Assembly (NCBI GenBank): GCA_003136415.1
Contig: PLEI01000106.1
Location: forward strand, 7,446-71,445
DNA length: 64,000 bases
Source: Acidimicrobiaceae bacterium
Lineage (GTDB): Bacteria; Actinomycetota; Acidimicrobiia; Acidimicrobiales; RAAP-2
Direction: 5' to 3'
Below are positions 17,984 through 27,722 of the stretch, one piece after another (positions within the stretch are counted from its first letter, which is position 1; every line of letters starts with the position of its first letter). The notes beneath the pieces were generated by a model, which did no database searches, was not told the DNA's origin, and saw nothing but the letters and a program-made list of their open reading frames with translations. The translations under genes and the position numbers were made by a program.

Positions 17984-18880
17984 ATGAATTCAGCCATTAC
18001 TCCATCTACCGTCGGTTCGGCTCTGGTCAAGCGAGGCCTCGCAGACATGTTGCGCGGCGGCGTCATCATGGACGTGGTCAACCCCGAGCACGCCAAGATC
18101 GCCGAAGACGCCGGTGCCGTCGCGGTCATGGCACTCGAGCGCGTGCCCTCGGACATCCGTCGTGATGGTGGCGTGGCGCGCATGAGCGACCCGCAGATGA
18201 TTCAAGAGATCCAAGCCTGCGTGACCATACCGGTGATGGCCAAGGCGCGCATCGGCCACTTCGCTGAGGCTCAGATTCTCCAGGCCCTCGACGTGGACTA
18301 CATCGACGAGTCCGAAGTGTTGACGCCCGCGGACGAAGAGAACCACATCGACAAGTGGGACTTCACGGTCCCCTTCGTCTGTGGTGCGACCAACCTGGGT
18401 GAAGCCCTTCGCCGCATCAGCGAAGGGGCCTGTCTGATTCGTTCCAAGGGCGAAGCCGGCACCGGTAACGTCGTCGAAGCGGTGCGCCACCTGCGCACGA
18501 TCAACGCCCAGATGCGCCGCCTCGCCAGTGCTGACCCTTCGGAGCTCTTCGCTTTGGCCAAGGACCTGCAGGCCCCCGTGGCACTGGTACAAGAAGTTGC
18601 CGCCACCGGCAAACTACCCGTCCCCCTCTTCTGCGCCGGAGGTATCTCAACCCCCGCGGACGCGTCGCTCGTACTGCAACTCGGTGCCGAGGCCGTCTTC
18701 GTGGGATCGGGTATCTTCAAGAGCGAAGACCCCGAGCGCATGGCTAAGGCCATCGTCGAGGCCACCACGCACTTCGAGAACGCCAGCATTGTCGCCAAGG
18801 TCTCCAACGGACTGGGCGCGGCCATGGTCGGCGCCGAGACGGCGACGCTCGAGCAGCGTCTCGCCGAGCGCGGTTGGTAG
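17984..18880 (+). CDS. pdxS: Pyridoxal 5'-phosphate synthase, lyase subunit
   Basis: 298 aa. Motifs are [38 protein letters not shown] and KGEAGTGN. Confidence 0.95.
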   Translation: MNSAITPSTVGSALVKRGLADMLRGGVIMDVVNPEHAKIAEDAGAVAVMALERVPSDIRRDGGVARMSDPQMIQEIQACVTIPVMAKARIGHFAEAQILQALDVDYIDESEVLTPADEENHIDKWDFTVPFVCGATNLGEALRRISEGACLIRSKGEAGTGNVVEAVRHLRTINAQMRRLASADPSELFALAKDLQAPVALVQEVAATGKLPVPLFCAGGISTPADASLVLQLGAEAVFVGSGIFKSEDPERMAKAIVEATTHFENASIVAKVSNGLGAAMVGAETATLEQRLAERGW

Positions 18881-19473
18881 TGCGTCAGGTCGGCGTCCTC
18901 GCCCTCCAGGGCGACGTGCGCGCACACGTCACGACTTTGGAGAACCTGGGCGCAGCACCGCGCAAAGTTCGTCAGGTGAGCGACCTCGCCGGTCTCGATG
19001 GTTTAATCATTCCGGGAGGTGAGTCGACCACCATCAGTCACTTGCTTATCACCTCGGGTCTTCGACAGCCCTTGCAGGGACTGATCAGCAGCGGTTTCCC
19101 GGTATTCGGGACGTGTGCGGGTCTCATCATGCTCGCCACCGACGTGATCGACGGGCGCGTGGACCAGTGGAGTTTTGGCGCGGTGGATGTTTCGGTGCGG
19201 CGCAACGGGTACGGCCGCCAAATTGCCAGTTTCGAGTCGCCCATTGTTATTGACGGGCGGGGCACCGTCCCGGGCGTTTTCATCCGCGCCCCACGCATCG
19301 AGCGATGCGGACCCGACGTCAGCGTGATTGCCACCCTTGATCACGGTGACGGCGAGCACCCGGTGTTGGTGCGCCAGGGGTCGGCCTGGGGTTGTTCGTT
19401 TCACCCCGAACTCACCAGCGACGTGCTGGTACACGGCTTGTTCCTCGACGCGCTGCAAGAAGCGTTACGATAA
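18880..19473 (+). CDS. pdxT: Pyridoxal 5'-phosphate synthase, glutaminase subunit
   Basis: The start is GTG 18880 (TAGTG overlap with pdxS) or TTG 18874. Motifs are VGVLALQGDV, GTCAGLIML and HPEL. Confidence 0.9.
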   Translation: MRQVGVLALQGDVRAHVTTLENLGAAPRKVRQVSDLAGLDGLIIPGGESTTISHLLITSGLRQPLQGLISSGFPVFGTCAGLIMLATDVIDGRVDQWSFGAVDVSVRRNGYGRQIASFESPIVIDGRGTVPGVFIRAPRIERCGPDVSVIATLDHGDGEHPVLVRQGSAWGCSFHPELTSDVLVHGLFLDALQEALR

Positions 19474-19501
19474 CTACGCCCTAAAACGGGCAGGAGGAAA
19501 C

Positions 19502-20251
19502 ATGTCCGGCCATTCGAAGTGGGCGACCACGAAGCACCGCAAGGGTGCCAAAGACAGCGCGCGCGCCAAAGTCTTCGCCAAATTGATTCGACAAGTGGAA
19601 GTCGCCGCACGCGAAGGTGGGGGAGACTCCAACACCAACGCAGCTCTGCGCACGATGTTCCAAAAGGCCCGCGAGGCTTCGGTACCTATTGACACCATCG
19701 AACGCGCCATCAAGCGCGGTACCGGTGAGTTGGAGGGCGTTCGCTACGAGGCCATCTCCTACGAGGGTTACGCGCCCGGCGGAGTCGCCATCATCATCGA
19801 GACCCTGACCGATAACCGCAACCGGACGAGCGCCGAGATCAAGCATTTGCTATCCAAGAACGGCGGCAACATCGCCGAACCCGGCGCCGTATCTTGGCAG
19901 TTCGACCGCAAGGGCGTGATTGAAGTCAAGGGCCCGCTGGACGAGGACCAACTTATTGAATGGGTGCTCGAAGCTGGCGGGGAGAACTTCAACGCCCAGG
20001 GCGACAACTTCGTCGTGTCGACCGAACCCACCGAAGTGGGTATGGTTCGCGACGCTCTCGAGGGTTTCGGTCTCACGGTGGTGAGCGCCGAACTCACGTT
20101 GGTGCCACAGAATCTCCTGGCGGTAGACGACGAGGGCGAGGCGAAGAAGGTATTGCGACTGATGGACGCCATCGACGATCACGACGACGTGCAGAACGTT
20201 TTTGCCAACTTCGACATCTCCGACGAGATTCTTGCCAACTTCGAGGGTTAA
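19502..20251 (+). CDS. yebC: YebC/PmpR family DNA-binding transcriptional regulator
   Basis: ATG 19502 is preceded by the SD AGGAGG. The N-terminus is MSGHSKWATTKHRKGAKD. Confidence 0.9.
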   Translation: MSGHSKWATTKHRKGAKDSARAKVFAKLIRQVEVAAREGGGDSNTNAALRTMFQKAREASVPIDTIERAIKRGTGELEGVRYEAISYEGYAPGGVAIIIETLTDNRNRTSAEIKHLLSKNGGNIAEPGAVSWQFDRKGVIEVKGPLDEDQLIEWVLEAGGENFNAQGDNFVVSTEPTEVGMVRDALEGFGLTVVSAELTLVPQNLLAVDDEGEAKKVLRLMDAIDDHDDVQNVFANFDISDEILANFEG

Positions 20252-20255
20252 TCCC

Positions 20256-20283
20256 TTGACCCGCGACGCGGGCGCATTACAAT
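20256..20283 (+). promoter_or_regulatory. ruvC promoter: -35 TTGACC, 16-nt spacer, -10 TACAAT
   Basis: TTGACC lies at 20256-20261 and TACAAT at 20278-20283. The ATG at 20291 is 7 nt downstream of the -10 with no SD, so the transcript is predicted to be leaderless. Confidence 0.65.
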
Positions 20284-20297
20284 CGAACATATGTTCG
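20284..20297. promoter_or_regulatory. LexA SOS box (Cheo-box type) CGAACATATGTTCG
   Basis: A perfect 14-nt palindrome matching the Gram-positive/actinobacterial consensus CGAAC-N4-GTTCG. It spans the predicted TSS and the ruvC ATG. Confidence 0.8.
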
Positions 20298-20800
20298 TAC
20301 TCGGCATCGACCCCGGCCTCACTCGTTGCGGATTCGGGCTGATCGAGGGGTCCTTCGACGGGGTGGAGTCGTTCCGAGCCGTTCACGCCGGCGTTCTCGA
20401 AACCAATGCCAGTTTGGACGTGGAGTCACGTTTAGCTCAGATTCACGTCGATCTCGAGGTCCTGCTCTGCGACACGCGGCCCGAGGCCGTCGTTGTCGAA
20501 CGAGTGTTCTTTCAGCGCAACGCCAAGACCGCCATTCCGGTCGCTCAGGTCAGCGGCGTGGCGGTCGGTCTCGCGGGCGCCAAAGGTCTGACGGTGCGCC
20601 AATTCACGGCGCAGCAAGTGAAATTGGCTGTTACCGGCTACGGAGCGGCGTCAAAATCTCAGGTGCAGGCCATGGTGGCCAAGCTGTGCGGATTGGTTGA
20701 GGTTCCCGAACCCGCCGACGTCGCCGACGCTCTCGGACTCGCCATCACTTATTTCATGACCGAACGCGTCGAGCGCCGATACCCGGTGGCGTCGTCGTGA
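20291..20800 (+). CDS. ruvC: Crossover junction endodeoxyribonuclease RuvC
   Basis: 169 aa. Motifs are VLGIDPGLTRCGFG and RVFFQRNAKTA. Confidence 0.9.
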   Translation: MFVLGIDPGLTRCGFGLIEGSFDGVESFRAVHAGVLETNASLDVESRLAQIHVDLEVLLCDTRPEAVVVERVFFQRNAKTAIPVAQVSGVAVGLAGAKGLTVRQFTAQQVKLAVTGYGAASKSQVQAMVAKLCGLVEVPEPADVADALGLAITYFMTERVERRYPVASS

Positions 20801-21366
20801 TCGGCTGGCTACGCGGTCGCGTCGTGATATTGCACGCCTCGGGAACGCTGGTGCTCGACGTCAACGGCGTGGGATACGAAGTCAGCCTCGCCTCGGCAGA
20901 GGAGTTGCGCGTCGGCGACGATGTGGAGCTGTTTGTCTATACCCAGGTGCGCACCGACGCCATCGTGCTCTTCGGATTTCGTTCCTACGACGACCGCGAG
21001 TTCTTCTCGACCCTGCTCGTGACGCCCGGTGTCGGTCCTTCGACGGCCCTGGCGGCCCTGCGCACGATGCCCACCTCGGAGTTGCGAGCGGCCATTGAGA
21101 GCGGCGACGTGAAGCGTGTCGCCCAGATTCCCGGTATCGGAGCCAAGACGGCGAGTCGCATTGTCCTAGAGCTGAGGGGGAAATTGGTCGAGGTGCCGAC
21201 CAAGGAACCTGCGTCGGTGACGCCGCGAGCCAGTGACATTGAAGAGGCCCTGCGATCGTTGGGGTATGCGCCCGGCGAGATTCGTGATGCTCTCGATGGC
21301 GTGACATTGCCCGACGACGAATCAGCCGCTCTGCGCATTGCCCTGCAACGTTTGGGACGGCGATGA
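20797..21366 (+). CDS. ruvA: Holliday junction branch migration complex subunit RuvA
   Basis: The GTGA overlap couples it to ruvC. Motifs are MIGWLRGRV, GVGYEV and the HhH element IPGIGAKTASRIV. Confidence 0.9.
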   Translation: MIGWLRGRVVILHASGTLVLDVNGVGYEVSLASAEELRVGDDVELFVYTQVRTDAIVLFGFRSYDDREFFSTLLVTPGVGPSTALAALRTMPTSELRAAIESGDVKRVAQIPGIGAKTASRIVLELRGKLVEVPTKEPASVTPRASDIEEALRSLGYAPGEIRDALDGVTLPDDESAALRIALQRLGRR

Positions 21367-22412
21367 CGCGACGCGACGCCGACGTGACGTCACTCGTAGT
21401 GCCGCAGGACAGTGTCGTCACTCCCCGGGCATCAGAGGCCGACGTGTACGCCGACGTCACCCTGCGACCGTCGTCCTTGGCGGACTTCGTTGGGCAGCGC
21501 GAGTTGGTGGGACATCTCGAGATCGTGCTCGGTTCCGCCAAGACCCGCGGTCAAAGTTCCGATCATTTGCTTTTCGCTGGCCCGCCCGGACTAGGCAAGA
21601 CATCGCTGGCGAGCATCGTGGCCCACGAAATGGGCTCGGGACTGCGAGTCACGTCAGGCCCGGTATTGGCACGTCCGGGTGATCTCGTGGCGTTGTTGAC
21701 TGACCTGCAAGAGGGCGAGGTGCTCTTCATCGACGAGATTCATCGCCTCTCTCGGGGCGTCGAAGAAGTCCTGTATCCCGCCATGGAGGATCGCCGCCTG
21801 GACGTCATGATCGGACGCGGGCCCTCGGCGCGATCGATTCGTTTGGACCTGCCGCACTTCACTCTCGTGGGCGCGACCACGCGCACGGGACTCGTGGCGG
21901 CGCCGTTGCGTGACCGATTCGGTTTCGTGGGACAACTCGATCTCTACGAAACCGACGAGCTTCGCCAGATCATCACACGATCGGCCGGCCTGCTCGGCGT
22001 CGAGTTGCGGGGCGACGCAGCGGGCGTGATTGCCCAACGCTCGAGGGGTACGCCGCGCATCGCCAATCGACTGCTACGCCGCGTACGCGATGTCGCCTCG
22101 GTGCGCGGTCACCCGACGGTGGACGCTGGTTTGGCCGCGGAGGCACTGGATCTTTTCGGCGTGGACGAACACGGCCTGGACAAGATTGACCGGCGGATTC
22201 TCAGTCTGTTGTGTGGCCAGTTCGCTCAATTGCCGGTGGGTCTGACGACGCTGTCGCACGCCTGTGGCGAGGAGACCGCCACGATTGAGGACGCCTACGA
22301 GCCGTACCTGTTGCGAGAGGGTTTTTTGATCCGGACGCCTCGTGGAAGGGTTGCCACCGATAAGGCCTTCGCGCACCTCAACGCCCACCGGCCGCGCGGG
22401 GGACTGGTCTAG
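21363..22412 (+). CDS. ruvB: Holliday junction DNA helicase RuvB
   Basis: The ATGA overlap couples it to ruvA. Walker A is GPPGLGKTS and Walker B is LFIDEIHRL; GTPRIANRLLRRVRD is also present. Confidence 0.95.
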   Translation: MTRRDADVTSLVVPQDSVVTPRASEADVYADVTLRPSSLADFVGQRELVGHLEIVLGSAKTRGQSSDHLLFAGPPGLGKTSLASIVAHEMGSGLRVTSGPVLARPGDLVALLTDLQEGEVLFIDEIHRLSRGVEEVLYPAMEDRRLDVMIGRGPSARSIRLDLPHFTLVGATTRTGLVAAPLRDRFGFVGQLDLYETDELRQIITRSAGLLGVELRGDAAGVIAQRSRGTPRIANRLLRRVRDVASVRGHPTVDAGLAAEALDLFGVDEHGLDKIDRRILSLLCGQFAQLPVGLTTLSHACGEETATIEDAYEPYLLREGFLIRTPRGRVATDKAFAHLNAHRPRGGLV

Positions 22413-22431
22413 GGCCAACCCGTCGAGCGAC

Positions 22432-22437
22432 TAGGGT
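22432..22437 (+). promoter_or_regulatory. Possible -10 (TAGGGT) for yajC-secDF, leadered
   Basis: TANNNT hexamer 28 nt before ATG 22466, with the SD GGAGGA in between. Confidence 0.3.
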
Positions 22438-22465
22438 TTCTTTGTCTATTGACGGAGGAAATTTC

Positions 22466-22834
22466 ATGTTGTTCGCATTAACCGCAGCACCCCACAAGAG
22501 CAATAATTCATACATCCTGATTATCTACGCGGTGGTCTTCGGCGCTTTTTACTTCTTCTACATACGTCCACGTAGCCGTAAGCAGAAGGCCACCCGCCAA
22601 CAGGCTCGTCAAGTAGAAGTCGGCGAGCGCGCGCGCACCATTGGCGGAATGATTGGCACCGTGGTGAAGCGTACCGACGAGGCCGTCACGCTCAAGACCG
22701 CGAGTGGTCTCGAGATTGACTTCATTCCCTCGGCCATTGCGGGTCGCCACGATCCGGTGCCGCCGTCGACTGACGACGAAGCGACCAACGAGAACGAGAA
22801 CGAGGGTCCCTCGCACGAGGGTGATGACAAGTAA
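22466..22834 (+). CDS. yajC: Preprotein translocase subunit YajC
   Basis: ATG 22466 follows the SD GGAGGA. The protein has a single TM helix followed by FYFFYIRPRSRKQK and GERARTIGGMIGTV. Confidence 0.8.
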   Translation: MLFALTAAPHKSNNSYILIIYAVVFGAFYFFYIRPRSRKQKATRQQARQVEVGERARTIGGMIGTVVKRTDEAVTLKTASGLEIDFIPSAIAGRHDPVPPSTDDEATNENENEGPSHEGDDK

Positions 22835-24360
22835 TGGCGGCACCCGCAGTCTCGCGCAAGTCGCTCATCGTCAGTCTGATTCTGACACTGGTGATTGGTT
22901 TTGGCTCGCTGGCCACGACGTTGTCGCTGGGCTGGGGTCCCAAGCTCGGCCTTGACCTGGCGGGAGGCCTCTCGGTGGTCTTTAAGCCCACGACTCCCGC
23001 GACGCAGACCCAACTGAACGAAGTCGTCACGATTCTCACCAATCGCGTCAACGGCCTCGGTGTGTCGGGCGCGCAGGTGAACGTCCAGGGCAAGAATGTG
23101 GTGGTGAGCGCCCCCGGGGTCAAGGACGCGCGCAGAGTGCTCAAACTCATCGGTGAGACGGCGCAGCTGTTCTTCCGTCCCGTCCTGTGCCAGGTCGCTC
23201 TGGCCTCGAAGACGGCCAAACCTATCAGCGCGGCCACCATGCCGGCGTGCGGCGCGGCGTACGCGTTGACCCAGTCGAACCTGGCGATCACTCCTGACAA
23301 CTCGGTGAATGGCTATTCCATGAACAACACCATCGGTGTCGACCCCCAGTTCGCGAACATCGCCACCACCACGTCGGCGCAGGATATCTACGCAGATCCC
23401 GTCATCCTCACCGAAGTGGTGTCGGGCAAGGTGGCGCGCTTCCTGCTGGGTCCAGGCGATCTGACCGGCCAAGCGATTGGCAAGGCGTACGCGACTCAGG
23501 ACCAAGTCGGAGCATGGGTCGTCGCTTATAACTTGACCGGGGTGGGAAGTCCCGAGTGGGACGCAGTGGCCAAGGCCAATTTCCACCAGGAGCTGGCTAT
23601 TGAACTCGACGGCGTCATTCAGTCCGCCCCGTTGATCCAGCCCACCCAAAGTACTTTCACCAGTTTCGCCGGCCAGGGTCAGATCTCGGGCAGTTTTACT
23701 GAGAGTGGTGCCAAGGACTTGGCCGTCGCCATGGAATTCGGTGCGCTGCCCGTTCGACTCCAGCCGCTAACCACTCAGACGGTGTCACCAACGTTGGGAC
23801 ACAGCGCGTTGATCGCCGGCCTCGGCGCCGGCCTCGCGGGTCTGGCGTTGGTGCTGTTGTACGTGATTCTCTACTATCGCGCGCTGGGCCTCGTGATTCT
23901 CCTGGGATTGGGCGTCACCGCGGCGCTGCTGTGGGCGATTATTTCGGCACTGGGCCATACCGCCTACGCCCCGACATTCAGCCTCGCGGGCGTGACCGGA
24001 CTTATTGTGTCCATTGGTATCACCGTCGACAGCTACATCGTGTATTTCGAGCGATTAAAGGACGAGGCGAGGTCCGGGCGCACGGTGCGAAGTTCCGTTG
24101 ACCGCGGTTTCAAGTCGGCGTGGCGCACGGTTTTGGCCGCCGACACCGTCAGTCTTCTCGCCGCCGTGTTGTTGTACCTCATTGCCGTGGGTGACGTGCG
24201 AGGCTTCGCCTTCTTCCTGGGACTCTCCACGCTGATGGACGTCTTTATCACCTGGTACTTCACTCGTCCGCTGGTCATCTTGCTCGGACGTCGCGATAAG
24301 CAAGGCTCCTCGGCCTTGTCAATGGCCGCAGGAATGAACGCCGGAGGAAGCCATGAGTGA
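22834..24360 (+). CDS. secD: Protein translocase subunit SecD
   Basis: 508 aa, coupled to yajC by a TAATG overlap. Motifs are LGLDLAGG and a C-terminal six-TM block with GITVDSYIVYFERLKDE. Confidence 0.9.
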   Translation: MAAPAVSRKSLIVSLILTLVIGFGSLATTLSLGWGPKLGLDLAGGLSVVFKPTTPATQTQLNEVVTILTNRVNGLGVSGAQVNVQGKNVVVSAPGVKDARRVLKLIGETAQLFFRPVLCQVALASKTAKPISAATMPACGAAYALTQSNLAITPDNSVNGYSMNNTIGVDPQFANIATTTSAQDIYADPVILTEVVSGKVARFLLGPGDLTGQAIGKAYATQDQVGAWVVAYNLTGVGSPEWDAVAKANFHQELAIELDGVIQSAPLIQPTQSTFTSFAGQGQISGSFTESGAKDLAVAMEFGALPVRLQPLTTQTVSPTLGHSALIAGLGAGLAGLALVLLYVILYYRALGLVILLGLGVTAALLWAIISALGHTAYAPTFSLAGVTGLIVSIGITVDSYIVYFERLKDEARSGRTVRSSVDRGFKSAWRTVLAADTVSLLAAVLLYLIAVGDVRGFAFFLGLSTLMDVFITWYFTRPLVILLGRRDKQGSSALSMAAGMNAGGSHE

Positions 24361-25495
24361 CGCACCCGTAATTGAGGCGCCCACCGGCGAAAGTGGTCCC
24401 GGGCGCTTCGGACGTCTCTATCAGGGTCTCACGACGATCGATTTCGTGGGTCGCCGCAAGATCTGGTTCACTGCGTCGATAGTGGTGATTGTCGTAGGAC
24501 TGGGGTCGCTCGGTATCCGGGGCTTCAACTTGGGCATTGACTTCAAGGGCGGCAGCTCGTGGGAAGTCCTAGCGCCGCATTCCTCAATTTCTGCGATGAC
24601 GACCGCCGTCGAGAACGCCGGACTCACCAATCCCACGGTGGAGAAGCTCGGTTCGCAAACCTACCAGATCACCGCCGATTTGAACAACGATTCCACGACG
24701 GTACAAAACACCATCACGACCGCGGTGGTCAACGCCATGGCCAAGGAGGCGGGCAAAAACAGCACTCAGGTGTCGACGTCCAGCGTGGGACCGACGTGGG
24801 GCGGTCAGGTCACTAATCGCGCTCTGGAGGCGCTGATCATCTTCTTCATCGCCGTAGTGCTCTATATCTCGATCCGTTTTGAACCCAAGATGGCCCTCGC
24901 GGCCTTCATTGCGATGATTCACGACCTCCTGGTCACTGTCGGTGTCTATTCATTGTTCGGTTTCCAGATCACTCCGGACACCGTGATCGCCATCTTGACC
25001 ATTCTTGGTTACTCGCTCTATGACACGGTGGTGGTCTTTGACCGCGTACGCGACAACGCCAGTAGCACGAACGCAATCCTGAAGTCTGGTACGGTCACCT
25101 ACGGCGAGATGGTCAATCTCTCGATGAACCAGACGCTCGCGCGTTCGATCAACACCTCACTGGTGGCGATCTTGCCGGTAGCCGCGGTCCTGGTCGTGGG
25201 AGCGTACATCCTCGGGGCCACCACGCTGCAGAACTACGGTTTGGCGCTCTTCGTCGGTTTGACGAGTGGGGCCTACTCCTCGATCTTCATTGCCAGTCCC
25301 TTGCTGGCGTGGATGAAGGAACGCGAGCCCCGCTACCGCGAACTCGCCGCGCGCGTGGCCCGAACCGAACACGCGGTACTTTCGCCGCGTGCCGCCGCCA
25401 TGATGGGCTCGGACCAGACCCAGCGCATTGCGGGTGCCACCCGGCGGGCGACCTCGATGGTGATCCCGAGGGCTCGCAAGCAAAAGCGCCGTTGA
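24353..25495 (+). CDS. secF: Protein translocase subunit SecF
   Basis: 380 aa with an 8-nt overlap with secD. Motifs are GIDFKGGS and GYSLYDTVVVFDRVRDN. Confidence 0.9.
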   Translation: MSDAPVIEAPTGESGPGRFGRLYQGLTTIDFVGRRKIWFTASIVVIVVGLGSLGIRGFNLGIDFKGGSSWEVLAPHSSISAMTTAVENAGLTNPTVEKLGSQTYQITADLNNDSTTVQNTITTAVVNAMAKEAGKNSTQVSTSSVGPTWGGQVTNRALEALIIFFIAVVLYISIRFEPKMALAAFIAMIHDLLVTVGVYSLFGFQITPDTVIAILTILGYSLYDTVVVFDRVRDNASSTNAILKSGTVTYGEMVNLSMNQTLARSINTSLVAILPVAAVLVVGAYILGATTLQNYGLALFVGLTSGAYSSIFIASPLLAWMKEREPRYRELAARVARTEHAVLSPRAAAMMGSDQTQRIAGATRRATSMVIPRARKQKRR

Positions 25496-25499
25496 CGCC

Positions 25500-25505
25500 T
25501 AGGCT
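25500..25505 (+). promoter_or_regulatory. Putative -10 (TAGGCT) giving leaderless relA
   Basis: The sequence reads TAGGCT-gattta-ATG(25512). Confidence 0.45.
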
Positions 25506-25511
25506 GATTTA

Positions 25512-27722
25512 ATGGTCAGTCTTACGTCGCGCTCGACGGTGGATCCGGCCCTTGAGGGATCGGTCGAGCGTCTCGTCGCGCGCTACCTTCAACACCACAA
25601 AGGCGGTGACACCGCACTGATTCGCCGCGCGGGCATCGTGGCCATCAACGCCCACGAGGGCCAGTTGCGTCGCACCGGCGAGCCCTACGTGACGCACCCC
25701 ATCGCCGTCGCGGATATTACCGCTGATCTGGGACTTGACGAGATGACCATTGCGGCGGCGTTGTTGCACGACGCGGTCGAGGACACCGGGGTCACCAATG
25801 AGTGGCTGATTGGCGAGTTCGGAGAGAAGGTGGCAGCCGTCGTCGACGGCGTCACGAAACTCGACCGACTCGAGTTTGACTCAAAGGAAGCCCAGCAGGC
25901 CGCCACGATCCGCAAGATGTTCATTGCGATGGCTCAGGACTGGCGCGTCCTGATGATCAAGCTCGCCGATCGGCTGCACAATATGCGTACCATCTCGGTG
26001 ATGCCGATGCACCGCCAGCGCGCCATCGCCCAAGAGACTCTTGACGTCTACGCCCCCCTGGCCCACCGTTTGGGAGTGCAACAGGTCAAGTGGCAGCTCG
26101 AGGACTTGAGTTTTGCCACCCTTCATCCCAAGCGCTACGCGGAGATCGAGCAGATGGTCGCCGCGCGCCAGCCAGAGCGCGAAGCCTATTTGAGTGAAGT
26201 CATGGGCGTGTTGATTGACAAGTTGCAGAGTTTCGGCATCGCCGCCGAGGTCACGGGACGACCGAAGCACCTCTGGAGCATCTACGAGAAGATGGTCGTC
26301 GGCGGCAAGGAGTTCGACGACATCTACGACCTCGTGGGCCTGCGCGTGATCGTCGAGGAGGACCGGGACTGCTGGGCCGTTCTCGGCGCCATTCACGCCC
26401 TGTGGTCACCGGTGCCCGGTCGTTTCAAGGACTACATCAATTCGCCCAAGTTCAACCTGTATCAGTCATTGCACACGACCGTGATCGGCCCCAAGGGCAA
26501 GTCCGTCGAAGTGCAGGTGCGTACCAACGAGATGCACCGTCGCGCCGAGTTCGGCGTGGCGGCTCACTGGAGTTACAAGGAGGGGTCCACGCCCCAGGAG
26601 ATCCAGTGGATGCAGCGCCTGGCCGACGTGCACGAGGAGGAACCCGACCCGATCGCCTTCCTCGAAGCACTCAAACTCGACCTCGGCCAGGACGAGGTCT
26701 ACGTGTTCTCGCCCAAGGGTCGCGTGATTGCCCTGGTGGGAGGTGCGACGACGATTGACTTCGCGTACGCCGTGCACACCGAGGTCGGACACCACTGCGT
26801 CGGTGCCAAGGTCAACGGACGTCTGGTGCCCTTGGAGACGGTGTTGCACTCCGCCGACGTCGTCGAAATTGTCACCAGCAAGAACCAATCGGCGGGCCCA
26901 TCGCGCGACTGGCTCAACATCGCCCAGTCGTCGCGCGCCAAGTCGAAGATCCGCCAGTGGTTCCAGCGCGAACGCAGGGAGGACGCCATCGAGGGCGGAC
27001 GCGAAGAACTCACCAAGGCCTTTCGCCGCGAGGGTCTGCCGATCGCGACGTCGCTGTCCTCGAGTGCCTTGGAGACGGTCATCGCGTCGCTCAACCTGGA
27101 TAATCTCGACGCGCTCTACATGGCGATTGATTCACACCAGATCTCCGCTCTCGCGGTCGTGCAGCGGCTCGACCGCGAGTTGCACGGGGGGGAGGCCGAA
27201 CAACTCCCCACGACCGTCACCCGCGCCCCGCGCAACAACCGTACGACGCGTCGCAGCGCCGGCGTCTACGTGGAGGGCCTGGACGACGTCATGATTCATC
27301 TGGCGCGCTGTTGTTCGCCGGTACCCGGAGACTCCATCATGGGCTTCATCACTCAGGGACGAGGTGTCTCGGTGCACCGCGACGACTGTTCGAATGCGGT
27401 GGCGCTCGCGCACCGCTTGGGCGAGCGCATTATCGACGTCGAATGGGACGGCGCCACCCACGGTCAGTACCGCGTGGCGCTCGAGGTGATGGCCTTTGAC
27501 CGCGCACGCCTGCTGCTCGACGTGTCCAAGGTCGTCGCCGAATACCACCTCAACATCATCTCGAGTTCGACCGCGACCTCGGGATCGCGGATAGTGCGCA
27601 TGCTCTTCGACGTCGAGCTCGCCGACCCTAGCCACTTGTCAAGCCTCTTGACGTCGCTCAAGTCCGTGGACGGCGTCTTTGACGCCTTCCGACAGATTCC
27701 CGGACACCACAAGACATCGTGA
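25512..27722 (+). CDS. relA: Bifunctional (p)ppGpp synthetase/hydrolase (RelA/SpoT homologue)
   Basis: 736 aa. It has an HD domain (HPIAVA...LHDAVEDT), a synthetase domain (YDLVGLRVIV, YQSLHTTV), and TGS and ACT-like C-terminal regions. Confidence 0.95.
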   Translation: MVSLTSRSTVDPALEGSVERLVARYLQHHKGGDTALIRRAGIVAINAHEGQLRRTGEPYVTHPIAVADITADLGLDEMTIAAALLHDAVEDTGVTNEWLIGEFGEKVAAVVDGVTKLDRLEFDSKEAQQAATIRKMFIAMAQDWRVLMIKLADRLHNMRTISVMPMHRQRAIAQETLDVYAPLAHRLGVQQVKWQLEDLSFATLHPKRYAEIEQMVAARQPEREAYLSEVMGVLIDKLQSFGIAAEVTGRPKHLWSIYEKMVVGGKEFDDIYDLVGLRVIVEEDRDCWAVLGAIHALWSPVPGRFKDYINSPKFNLYQSLHTTVIGPKGKSVEVQVRTNEMHRRAEFGVAAHWSYKEGSTPQEIQWMQRLADVHEEEPDPIAFLEALKLDLGQDEVYVFSPKGRVIALVGGATTIDFAYAVHTEVGHHCVGAKVNGRLVPLETVLHSADVVEIVTSKNQSAGPSRDWLNIAQSSRAKSKIRQWFQRERREDAIEGGREELTKAFRREGLPIATSLSSSALETVIASLNLDNLDALYMAIDSHQISALAVVQRLDRELHGGEAEQLPTTVTRAPRNNRTTRRSAGVYVEGLDDVMIHLARCCSPVPGDSIMGFITQGRGVSVHRDDCSNAVALAHRLGERIIDVEWDGATHGQYRVALEVMAFDRARLLLDVSKVVAEYHLNIISSSTATSGSRIVRMLFDVELADPSHLSSLLTSLKSVDGVFDAFRQIPGHHKTS

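Noticed and set aside
22417-22449. Hairpin AACCC...GGGTT followed by TCTTTGTCT after ruvB, as an intrinsic terminator
   Set aside because: The stem is only 5 bp with a 12-nt loop, which is too weak to call. The same bases are a better fit to the yajC promoter and leader.
25492-25497. TTGACG hexamer upstream of relA as a -35 element
   Set aside because: It lies only 2 nt from the TAGGCT -10 candidate, so it cannot act as its -35. It is simply the secF stop region (gtTGAcg).
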